A stretch of 47,021 nt of DNA from a virus. Taxonomy: Duplodnaviria; Caudoviricetes. Where the stretch lies: positions 1 to 47,021 of IMG/VR virus record IMGVR_UViG_3300011443_000008; one strand, given 5' to 3'. Shown here piece by piece: positions 38,083 through 45,763 of this stretch. Both the position numbers and the translations under genes were made by a program. Within the stretch, counting starts at the first letter, position 1, and the number at the start of each line of letters is the position of its first letter. Under the pieces are notes generated by a model. That model saw nothing but the letters and a program-made list of their open reading frames with translations, was not told where the DNA came from and did no database searches.

Positions 38083-38766
38083 ATGAGCGAGCAAGGCGTT
38101 TCCCAGAACACCAACCAAGGAGCGAACATGCGTAGCGACTATTGCGAGTTGGCCATCGTGCTGGACCGTTCCGGCTCCATGTCCACCGTGAAGAACGACA
38201 TGGAGGGCGGCTTCGCGAGGCTCATGGAGGAGCAGCGCAAGTTGCCAGGTGAGTGCCGGGTGACCCTGACCCAATTCGACACGCAGGGCATTGACACCGT
38301 CTACGAGAGCAAGCCCGTAGCCGACGTTCCCGCGCTGGTGCTGGAGCCTCGCGGCGGGACTCCGTTGCTCGACGCCGTGGGCGATGCGGTGACCAGCCTC
38401 GGTAAGCGGCTGGCTGCAAAGCCCGAAGCAGAGCGTCCCGGTAGCGTGGTGGTCCTCATCATTACGGACGGCGAGGAAAACAGCAGCACGCGCTTCACGA
38501 AGGCGCAGGTCAAGGAGTTGGTCGAGCGCCAGACCACGACCTACAAGTGGTCGTTCATCTACCTCGGCGCCAACGTGGACGCCTTTGCTGAAGCGGGTAG
38601 CATGGGCATCGCCGCAGCCGCAGCGGCCTCATACACGCCAGACAGTGCGGGTGTAAAGGCGGCGTACTTCGCGGCCAGCGCATCGGTTGGTCGGTCCCGC
38701 TCCGGCGGCACCGCCGACCTCACGCAAGCCGAACGTGATGCGATGAACATCAAGGGCGCGAACTAG
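38083..38766 (+). CDS. von Willebrand factor A domain protein (alternative start 38128)
   Basis: MIDAS LDRSGSM, PRGGTPLLDAVG, IITDGEENSS and WSFIYLGAN motifs. Confidence 0.92.
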   Translation: MSEQGVSQNTNQGANMRSDYCELAIVLDRSGSMSTVKNDMEGGFARLMEEQRKLPGECRVTLTQFDTQGIDTVYESKPVADVPALVLEPRGGTPLLDAVGDAVTSLGKRLAAKPEAERPGSVVVLIITDGEENSSTRFTKAQVKELVERQTTTYKWSFIYLGANVDAFAEAGSMGIAAAAAASYTPDSAGVKAAYFAASASVGRSRSGGTADLTQAERDAMNIKGAN

Positions 38767-38835
38767 CGTGGGCGCTTCTCCCCGGACTACGTCCTCAGTC
38801 ATTTCTGGAGCCCCAGAGAAGGAGCGGTAAGACAA

Positions 38836-39006
38836 ATGGCAGGCGTCTACGTTCCCGAGGACGCTCGCGTGGAATGCGCGTGGGAGCAGATCGCCACGGA
38901 GCTGCTGCGGCGACTCGTCCACGCCGAAGCTGAAGCAGCCCGTGCGCGTGTTCGCGCCAGCGAGGCCGAAATGGAACTCGAAAACTTCAAGCGAGGGCAT
39001 CGGTGA
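38836..39006 (+). CDS. Small hypothetical protein (56 aa)
   Basis: AAGGAG RBS; MAGVYVPED..GHR; stop overlaps ATG 39006; read manually. Confidence 0.55.
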   Translation: MAGVYVPEDARVECAWEQIATELLRRLVHAEAEAARARVRASEAEMELENFKRGHR

Positions 39007-40229
39007 TGGTTGATCTTCCGGCTCCCCGAGAGGAACTCCCGGTGGCGATGCGGGCATTCAAGTATCGCCTCTACCCGACCGCTGCCCAGGCGCGGGAGCT
39101 GCACGCCCAGATCAACGAGGCGTGCCGGCTCTACAACGCCGCGCTCCAGGAGCGTCGGGACGCGTGGAACAAGTGTGGCGTCCGCGTGACATGCTACGAG
39201 CAACACCGGCAACTGACGGAGATTCGGGCCGCGGGCGATGTAGCCATTCCGTCCTGTGTCGTGGCGCGGGATGTTCTGCTGCGCGTGGACAGGGCGTTCC
39301 GGGCATTCTTTCGCCGGGTGAAGGCTGGTCAGAAGCCGGGGTATCCACGGTTTCGGGCTGCGCGTCGATACGACTCCATAACGTGGACGCAAGGGGAAGC
39401 GCCCATCGTCAACGGGCTGGTCAGGCTGTGCGGCGTCGGCCATGTTCGCGTGCTCCTGCACCGGCCGGCGCCCGAGAACATCAAGACCACCACCGTCAAG
39501 CGGGAAGCTGGTAGGTGGTTTGTTGTGGTTGTGGCCGAGGTGGCCGACGAGTCACTCACTCCAATCGGGGCATCGGTTGGAGTTGACGTTGGACTCGCAA
39601 CCTTCGCCACGCTTAGCACGGGCGAGAGGGTCGAGAACCCCCGCCACGCCGCCGCGGCCAGCCAGAAGCTCCGGGTTGCCTGCCGTAGCGTGGCCCGCCG
39701 CACCAAGGGCAGCCAGGGCCGGCGGAAGGCCGTCCGATTGCTTCAGCGTGCCTTGGCGCACGTCCGCAACCAGCGCCGCGACTTCCATCACAAAGTGTCC
39801 CGCAGCCTGGTCAACCGCTTCGACCTGATCGCGGTCGAGGCTCTCAACGTCAAAGGACTCGCCAGGGCGATACTGGCGAAGTCGGTACATGATGCCGGAT
39901 GGGGGCAGTTCTTGGAGATGCTGACCTACAAGGCTGAAAGCGCCGGTAGGCAGTTGATCCGAGTCAACCCGTCGGGCACCTCGCAACGGTGTGCGATCTG
40001 CGGCACCGAGGTACGCAAAACGCTGGCGCAACGGCGGCACGATTGCCCGGCGTGTGGCGTGAGCCTCGACCGCGATCACAACGCCGCGTTGAACATCTTG
40101 GGGGCCGGGTTGGCCCTTGCCGCGCCAACGTGGGCCGAAGTAAGGCCGAGCGTTGCGGCAGAAGTGGGACGCGCCCACGGACCACGAAGCTCCAGCGATA
40201 CCGTTTTTTTCCGGGGCCGCCAGGGATGA
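39006..40229 (+). CDS. tnpB: TnpB RNA-guided endonuclease (IS200/IS605 OrfB family; alternative start 39048)
   Basis: AFKYRLYPT..Q, CRLYN, GYPRF, RuvC-I GVDVG, RuvC-II IAVEAL, zinc finger CAIC/CPAC, RuvC-III DRDHNAALNI. Confidence 0.95.
   Translation: MVDLPAPREELPVAMRAFKYRLYPTAAQARELHAQINEACRLYNAALQERRDAWNKCGVRVTCYEQHRQLTEIRAAGDVAIPSCVVARDVLLRVDRAFRAFFRRVKAGQKPGYPRFRAARRYDSITWTQGEAPIVNGLVRLCGVGHVRVLLHRPAPENIKTTTVKREAGRWFVVVVAEVADESLTPIGASVGVDVGLATFATLSTGERVENPRHAAAASQKLRVACRSVARRTKGSQGRRKAVRLLQRALAHVRNQRRDFHHKVSRSLVNRFDLIAVEALNVKGLARAILAKSVHDAGWGQFLEMLTYKAESAGRQLIRVNPSGTSQRCAICGTEVRKTLAQRRHDCPACGVSLDRDHNAALNILGAGLALAAPTWAEVRPSVAAEVGRAHGPRSSSDTVFFRGRQG
40102..40203 (+). ncRNA. Putative omega RNA (3' scaffold about 40102-40185, guide about 40186-40203)
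   Basis: Overlaps the tnpB 3' end. Hairpin GGGCC/GGCCC, nested stems TGCCGC/GCGGCA, AACG/CGTT and GGCC/GGCC, hairpin GTGGG/CCCAC, terminal CCAC complementary to GTGG (40130-33), then T7. The 5' end is undefined. Confidence 0.65.
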
Positions 40230-40564
40230 AGCCGCTGGAACAGGTCCTGGCTGACTGGTCGGAGCGGGTATCGGCCGCACGGTTCCTCAAGCACGAGCGC
40301 GAGGCCGAGCTACTGGACCAGCTGGTTGCCGAGGTACGGGAATCGGCCCACGAGTACATCACCTGGATCTCAGAGGCCGAAGCCGCCCTGCGTTCGGGCC
40401 ACCAGACCCCATGGTTCCGCCACCGGTTCGCGGAGTGGGAACGGGCCGGCCATGCGCGGCGTGGCAAGTCGGGGCGGGAGTACCGGATGTTGATCGTGCC
40501 GCGGCGAGCCAACCTGGCGGCGGCTCGCGAGGCTGGCCGTCGGGCGGCCCGGGACGCGGCGTGA
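40226..40564 (+). CDS. Putative excisionase / recombination directionality factor
   Basis: WISEAEAALRSG HTH-like motif; directly upstream of and coupled to the integrase. Confidence 0.55.
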   Translation: MKPLEQVLADWSERVSAARFLKHEREAELLDQLVAEVRESAHEYITWISEAEAALRSGHQTPWFRHRFAEWERAGHARRGKSGREYRMLIVPRRANLAAAREAGRRAARDAA

Positions 40565-42051
40565 GGGCCAAGCGCCAGGTGCTGTTCCAGCAGGGGCCGA
40601 AACGGGCCAAGGCCGGGGTGCCGCGGGTCCGGGTCTACGTGGACAGCGCCCGGCGTTTGGTCACCGTCGAATCCACCGGACGGGCCAAGCAGAGTTACGG
40701 CCTGACCCCGGCCGGCAAGCGGGAAGCCATCGCTTACGCCAAGGCGTTTTTCGAGGAGGCGAACCGGGTCAAGGAAGCGGCCAGCGAGCCGGTGCCCACC
40801 GTGCGCCAGCTCTGGCACCGCTACGTGGTGGCCTTCCAGGATGCGTGGCGACCCAAGACCCGGCTGGGCCATGGCAACCGGTGGAAGCTCTGGGAGCGGT
40901 TCGTCTTTCACGACACGCCGGCCGACCGGGTCACCGCCGACCACCTGGACGGCTTCAAGACGGCGCTACTGGCACAGGAGTACGCCAGCAACCAGGTGGC
41001 CGCCATGGTGGGCCTGGTGAAGCAGGTGTTCCGCTGGGCCGTGGTCGAGCGGAAGGCGCTGCCTCATTCCCCGGTGCTGGACTACCGCCTGAGACTGTCG
41101 CAGGACCATGGACCGGCCGAGCCCGAGGAGTACCGGCTCGAGGAGTTCGAGCGGCTGGTGCCGGCCATGGGCAGTCCACAGGACAGTCGCAGCTGGCGGG
41201 CGTGGTGCGTCCTGATGCTGGCCGGCCACCAAGGTGCCCGGGCCAACGCGGTGCTGCGACTCAAGGTGGCCGATCTGCACGACGGGCGGTTGTGGTGGCA
41301 GCGGGAGAGCGACAAGCGCCACCGGACCTGGAGCCAACCGATCAGGGACGGGGCGCTGGCGGCGATCCTGACGGCGTTCGACTGGAGAGAGCGGGATGGC
41401 TACCACGGCCCGTGGCTGATCTACCCCAGGCCGAGGCCGGCCAAGGGGCCGCGGACTGACCGCGGCGGCAGGTCATGGCCTGATGGGCACGGTCCCTACA
41501 CCTACGCCGCCTTCCACGCCCAGCTCCAGAAGGCCGAACTGGCCGCCAAGGTGCCCCACCTGGACCTGCGGGCGGCCCACGGGCTGCGGAAGATGGTGGC
41601 TGGGGAGATCCTGCGGCTGACGGGCAATCCCAAGGCGGCGATGGACTTCATCGGGGACCAGGACCTGACGCTGATCCAGAACTATTTGAAGGTCCGCGAG
41701 GACGAGAAGGACGCGATTGCGACCCAGCTGGACGCCATGGACCGGACCCGAAACATGGACCCGAGCCGCACCGGTGGGATTGAGGGAGAAACGGCGCCTG
41801 CGGAAGTGGGCGCCGGGCTACAACTTACCAAGAGCCACCGGTCGGAATTGAACCGACGACCGCTCCTACTAAAGGAAAGGCCGCAGAAAGCGGCTGAGCA
41901 CGAAACCTCGTCGGAAACAGCGCCGTTCGCAACTCCAGCCGCCCCGAAAGTAGCCGAAACCGCTCCCGAAGTTGCACCCGGGGCGCACCCGGGAATCGTG
42001 CAACAGGAAAAGGCCGGCGTGCAACATCTCCCTGGTGGGAGCCCGAAGTGA
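40561..42051 (+). CDS. int: Tyrosine integrase
   Basis: Catalytic GAR (R), SDK (K), HGLRK (HxxR) and IQNY (Y); GTG 40561 overlaps the previous stop; low-complexity C-terminal tail. Confidence 0.9.
   Translation: MRAKRQVLFQQGPKRAKAGVPRVRVYVDSARRLVTVESTGRAKQSYGLTPAGKREAIAYAKAFFEEANRVKEAASEPVPTVRQLWHRYVVAFQDAWRPKTRLGHGNRWKLWERFVFHDTPADRVTADHLDGFKTALLAQEYASNQVAAMVGLVKQVFRWAVVERKALPHSPVLDYRLRLSQDHGPAEPEEYRLEEFERLVPAMGSPQDSRSWRAWCVLMLAGHQGARANAVLRLKVADLHDGRLWWQRESDKRHRTWSQPIRDGALAAILTAFDWRERDGYHGPWLIYPRPRPAKGPRTDRGGRSWPDGHGPYTYAAFHAQLQKAELAAKVPHLDLRAAHGLRKMVAGEILRLTGNPKAAMDFIGDQDLTLIQNYLKVREDEKDAIATQLDAMDRTRNMDPSRTGGIEGETAPAEVGAGLQLTKSHRSELNRRPLLLKERPQKAAEHETSSETAPFATPAAPKVAETAPEVAPGAHPGIVQQEKAGVQHLPGGSPK
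41832..41865 (-). other. attP core: 3' half of a tRNA (probably tRNA-Thr) inside int
   Basis: The minus strand reads GAGCGGTC GTCGG TTCAATT CCGAC CGGTGGC TC, i.e. variable loop, perfect T-arm and acceptor 3' strand; no 5' half is present. Confidence 0.85.
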
Positions 42052-42896
42052 CAGCCTACAGCGTTACACAGGGGTACGTAGGGCGGCGAGCGCATCGCCC
42101 GGTGTGGCTGTCTCGCGAGGACTGGCAGCGTCGGCTGATGGGTTGCTATCTGGGCCCCCGAGGCGTGCTGCGCGGGCGCGAGGTCGAGTGGTGCTGGACC
42201 TGTGGGCGGCGCTGGGTGCCAGCCGGCCACGTCCCGAAAAACGTAGTTGAGGGAGGTCTGAGGGGATGAGAAGCCAGCACGAACAAGAACGAGTTAACCG
42301 TGGAAAGGCGGGCTGGTGAACAAGACTGGGCCGGTGCGGCGCCGCGTCATCATGCACCCATGCGATGCGAAGTTGGCGCACGAGTTGGCGTACCGCTTCG
42401 CCGCGTCGGTGACGTTGTCGGAGAACTTTCCCGCCTGCAACCTTGGGCTGTGTGGCGAATGGAATGATCGGGACATCGAAGCGGTGTTCGCGCTGGCCCC
42501 CGGCTGGTACGTCAAGGAACTGGACTGATGCCTAACGCCTCGCGCCCCTCCACGGCTAACGCTGTTGACGATCTACCCTTGTTCAAGAAGTCGAAGAAGT
42601 TGACCCATAACGCCACCCTGGTCTGGCTCATCATGGCGCCAACTGATGGAAGATTTTTAGGTGACTACTGGAGTCAGGAAGCCATCGTGGAGCAGTTGAG
42701 GATTCGCTTCGGCGTGTTGACGAACACCCACGCGGTGAACACCCGGATGAGCGAGCTGGTGACCGTCGGAGGGTACGTGAAAGAGAAGCGGCGCTCCTCC
42801 ACGGGTAACGCCTATGAATATCGAATTTCGTCGCGTCCTTCAGGGGAGAGGGCTAGCGCCGAAGCTTCACCGTCAGGGAACGAGGCCGCGGCGTGA
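42048..42896 (+). other. Hypothetical genes (42048-42269, 42316-42528, 42528-42896; the last possibly a winged HTH)
   Basis: Coupled ORFs; AVNTRMSEL..G.Y..YEYRI resembles a winged helix. Confidence 0.55.
42845..42861 (+). repeat. 17-bp direct repeat, copy 1 (GGAGAGGGCTAGCGCCG)
   Basis: Identical to 43883-43899. Confidence 0.9.
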
Positions 42897-43062
42897 CCGA
42901 CTCCAGGGCCAGGAGCCACTCGCGGGCTTGGTCGGGCAGCACTTCGCCGGCCAGCCAGCGGCGGATGGTGCGTTCGTCCCGGCCCATGACCTTGGTAGCG
43001 AACTGGCGAGCGGACAGTCCGCTGCGCGTGATGGCAGCGGCCACCAGCTCGGCGTCAGACAC
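42853..43062 (-). CDS. Small XRE-type HTH protein
   Basis: SGLSARQFA..GRDERTIRRWLAGE. Confidence 0.82.
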   Translation of the reverse strand: MSDAELVAAAITRSGLSARQFATKVMGRDERTIRRWLAGEVLPDQAREWLLALESVTPRPRSLTVKLRR

Positions 43063-43609
43063 AGGAGCCCCACTGGGTGGCCATGGCCGTGGCGATGCCG
43101 GGGAACGTGCGGCTGCGGTTCTTCCAGCGGTCGGGCGAGGGTGCTTCGCGGTGGACCCGGGCGAAGCGGCCCTCCACGATCTGCGTGGGTTGGAGCGGCG
43201 GCAGGCCCTTGAGCCACCAGCAGGTTGCCTTCACCTCGCCGTGACCGAACTGCCACGGCTGGACGATCTGGTCAGGCTTCCGTATGCGGCTGGAGATGAT
43301 GCTGACCGGGTTCTCCAGTGCGATGCGGGGAATGGGCGCCTCCAGCAGCCGGCGCACGAAGTCCAGCGCGGCCGCCTGCTCGGGCAGCTTGTCCTTGAAC
43401 CAGCGGGCGCCGCTCACCGCCAGATGGGTACAGGGCGGGTGGGCGACCATCAGGTCCCAACCCCGGTCGAGTACGTCCAGCACGTTGCCCTGAATGTGCT
43501 GGCCGGGTCGCTCGCTCGGCAGTACGTCGCACGACCATGCGTTGTGACCACGGATGCCGAACGCATCGCGCACCGTGCCCGAGAACTCACAGGCGATCAG
43601 GACGCGCAT
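43055..43609 (-). CDS. Phage-type DNA cytosine-5 methyltransferase (short form)
   Basis: VLIACEFSG (variant motif I), catalytic HPPC, IALENPV, QPWQFGH and RSRTF motifs. Confidence 0.85.
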   Translation of the reverse strand: MRVLIACEFSGTVRDAFGIRGHNAWSCDVLPSERPGQHIQGNVLDVLDRGWDLMVAHPPCTHLAVSGARWFKDKLPEQAAALDFVRRLLEAPIPRIALENPVSIISSRIRKPDQIVQPWQFGHGEVKATCWWLKGLPPLQPTQIVEGRFARVHREAPSPDRWKNRSRTFPGIATAMATQWGSCV

Positions 43610-43774
43610 CTAGTTCTCGACTGCTTCCGCTTGCGCCAGCGCAGCGCGGGCGGCGGCGATTGTGGCGAGCTTCGGAGCGCGGGCGATGCCTTCGGCCTGC
43701 AAGGCGCCGGGCTGGCAATCCTTCAGCATGGCTCGCAGCGCGGAGATCAGGTCGGCGGTGGTCTTGGCGTCCAT
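43610..43774 (-). CDS. Small hypothetical protein (54 aa)
   Basis: AAGGAG RBS; DLISAL..ARAALAQAE. Confidence 0.65.
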   Translation of the reverse strand: MDAKTTADLISALRAMLKDCQPGALQAEGIARAPKLATIAAARAALAQAEAVEN

Positions 43775-43820
43775 CTGGGTAACTCCTTGCTGGTCGGGCT
43801 GGATTGCCCTGACGAGAATC

Positions 43821-43849
43821 AGTATAGGGCATATGCCCCGCCCTGTCAA
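43821..43849 (-). promoter_or_regulatory. Near-consensus sigma70 promoter with palindromic operator
   Basis: Minus strand TTGACA, 17 nt, TATACT; perfect palindrome GGGCATATGCCC (43827-38) in the spacer. Confidence 0.85.
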
Positions 43850-43882
43850 GTACCTACGTTCCAGTCTGCTACTACACTTGTA

Positions 43883-43899
43883 GGAGAGGGCTAGCGCCG
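43883..43899 (+). repeat. 17-bp direct repeat, copy 2 (contains the RBS of the rep gene)
   Basis: Identical to 42845-42861. Confidence 0.9.
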
Positions 43900-43900
43900 C

Positions 43901-44644
43901 ATGAGCCAGGACGGGTTTCTCGTGGTGGTCAACTGGACCGAGTTCCAGCATTACAAGGACCGGGCGCCACCGTGGATCAAGCTCCACACGGCGCTGCTCG
44001 AGAAGTACGAGTACCAGCGCTTGCAAGATGCTAGCAAAGCGCACCTGGTCGGAATCTGGATGCTCGCCAGCCGGCTGGAGAACCGGATTCCGAATGACCC
44101 GGAATGGATCGCCACGCGCATTGGGGCGCAGAGCATTATCGACTTCCAAGCCCTTGAGGCCGCTGGCTTTATCTCCTACGAGGGTAGGCGTGCTAGCAAG
44201 CCGCTAGCGTTAGGCTTGCAAAGTGCTTGTCTAGAGACAGAGGGAGAGGGAGAGTCAGAGAGAGAGACAAAAAAGACGGGCGCTGACGCGCCGTTTGAAT
44301 TGCCGGACGATGAGGACGAAAAAGAGGAGCCGTTGGGAGCGTTCTACGGCCGCGTGCTGAAAAACCTGCTGTGGCCAGCGCTCCACCAGGACGCCCAGAT
44401 GCAGCGGAAGCTGGAAAGTCGGGACATCTCCATCCTGAAGAACCAGCTTGCCAAGATGCCGCGACCGGACATCGAGGACGCCGTGCGCGGGGTTCGGTCG
44501 GCGGCCGAGGCTGGTCAGATCAACTGCATCCCCGCTGGCACCGGCTTTGGGCTGCGTTACCTGGTGGCCGACACGGAGGGCATCGCCATGTTCGACAAGT
44601 ACCGTCACGCCGCAGTGAAGCGAAGGGAGTGTGAGGCCGCATGA
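43901..44644 (+). CDS. Replication initiator (replisome organiser-like)
   Basis: NW.EFQHYKDRAPPWIKLH N-terminus; central GCTAGC repeats and a GA-rich ETEGEGESERET linker. Confidence 0.75.
   Translation: MSQDGFLVVVNWTEFQHYKDRAPPWIKLHTALLEKYEYQRLQDASKAHLVGIWMLASRLENRIPNDPEWIATRIGAQSIIDFQALEAAGFISYEGRRASKPLALGLQSACLETEGEGESERETKKTGADAPFELPDDEDEKEEPLGAFYGRVLKNLLWPALHQDAQMQRKLESRDISILKNQLAKMPRPDIEDAVRGVRSAAEAGQINCIPAGTGFGLRYLVADTEGIAMFDKYRHAAVKRRECEAA
44180..44280. promoter_or_regulatory. Putative replication origin within the rep gene
   Basis: GCTAGC-type repeats (also TGCTAGCAA near 44029) followed by a polypurine GA tract and an A-run. Confidence 0.5.
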
Positions 44645-45478
44645 GCCTCGACCTGACCGGCCTGAAGAACCAGATCGCGGAAGGCTGGAAAGAACTGGCC
44701 GGCGCCCATCTACCCCCGGAGGGCGAGATGCCGTGGCTGGTGCTCTGCCGCTGGCGAGCCGTCGAAGCCCAGGTGCAGCAGCTCAGGAACGCAATCAGCG
44801 AGCTGGTGCTCGAGCCCGCCAAGGAGCACCTGCGGTTGGAGGTCAAGGCGAAGGCACGGGAGAAGGCTGACCAACAGGAGGCAGCATGAGGCGGGCCTGT
44901 CGCACCCCAAACTGTCCGAGTACGCCCCGGCGAGGAGAACTGCGCTGCCCGGACTGCTTGCGCGAGCAGCGCGCGCGCTGGATGGCCACCTTCAGGGCGC
45001 GGAAGAAGGCCGGGCTGACCAAGGTCCAGCGCGGCACCCAGATCCGACAGCCCCAGGACGAGTACGTCGCCGCCCGGCCGGCGATGCGGGCGACGGGCTA
45101 CAACGGGCCACCCTGCTGGATGTGCGAGACACCGATTACCCCGAGCGGGGTGTGCCCATCGTGCGGGACCACAAATCGAGGGGTGGCGTGATGTACGTCG
45201 TGGTGAAGTCGGCGGTCTACCTGCATGAAGTCTACGGGCCGTTCGACGTGACCGAGGTGGAGGCTCGGGCGCTCGCGCAGCGATACGCCAGCGAGGACGA
45301 GGACCGGGACGACCATCATGAGTACGGCGTGTCGCTGCTGACCACCGAAGGGCTCAAGGAGACTAGCGCGAGCTACCGCTACGGCGGTCCCGGCTATCCA
45401 GACGACGACCCGGAGCATTGGCACCAGCCATCCGGTATCGACCACGCCGCGGCCCTGCGCGAGGACCGGAGTCGGTGA
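44641..45478 (+). other. Three hypothetical genes (44641-44889, 44886-45191 with multiple CxxC, 45191-45478)
   Basis: ATGA/TGATG coupling. Confidence 0.55.
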
Positions 45479-45489
45479 CTCTTCCCCGG

Positions 45490-45684
45490 ATGGTCCCGGT
45501 CCACTGCCCAGCCTGCAAGTCGCAGGACGATGCGGCCATCCTGTGCCTGGTGCCCCATGACGTGCCGCGGGAGGACGTGATCCGCTTCGAGGACCGCCGG
45601 CCCGAGGACGTGCTCTACCTGTGCGACGTGTGCCCGAAGTGCGGCGGGGGATACTGCGTCCGAATATTGAGAAAAGCGGCGTGA
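45490..45684 (+). CDS. Small zinc-ribbon protein (Com-like?), candidate late regulator
   Basis: CPAC and CPKC; last early gene, overlapping the putative late promoter. Confidence 0.55.
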   Translation: MVPVHCPACKSQDDAAILCLVPHDVPREDVIRFEDRRPEDVLYLCDVCPKCGGGYCVRILRKAA

Positions 45685-45695
45685 TGTAATAAGTT
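45667..45695 (+). promoter_or_regulatory. Putative late promoter
   Basis: TTGAGA (45667-72), 17 nt, TAAGTT (45690-95) in an AT-rich patch. Confidence 0.55.
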
Positions 45696-45720
45696 TCCAC
45701 GGACAGCATCATGGCTCTAC

Positions 45721-45763
45721 GGGGGCCACCACCGGGAAGTTCTCCGGTCGGTGGCCCCTCTTT
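45721..45763 (+). terminator. Leader hairpin/terminator that sequesters the GTG start at 45751
   Basis: GGGGGCCACC-ACCGG pairs with CCGGT-C-GGTGGCCCCT, followed by CTTTCGTTGTT. Confidence 0.65.

Noticed and set aside
38774-38826. Hairpin upstream of ORF 38836 as the IS left end of tnpB
   Set aside because: An intact small ORF separates it from tnpB and it does not resemble the right-end hairpin. At most it is an RBS-sequestering stem.
40186-40203. Self-target for the TnpB guide, including the antisense translation RYRWSF resembling TYKWSF in the vWA gene
   Set aside because: By eye only 7-8 nt matches exist (for example GAAGCTCC near 39665), and nucleotide identity to the vWA segment is low. 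A computational scan is still needed.
39006-40229. Nuclease-dead TnpB (TldR-like repressor) or Cas12f with a CRISPR array
   Set aside because: The D/E/D catalytic residues are all present, and I saw no repeat-spacer array anywhere in the window.
41832-41865. Intact phage tRNA gene
   Set aside because: Only the variable loop, T-arm and acceptor 3' strand are present; there is no D-arm, anticodon arm or 5' acceptor strand.
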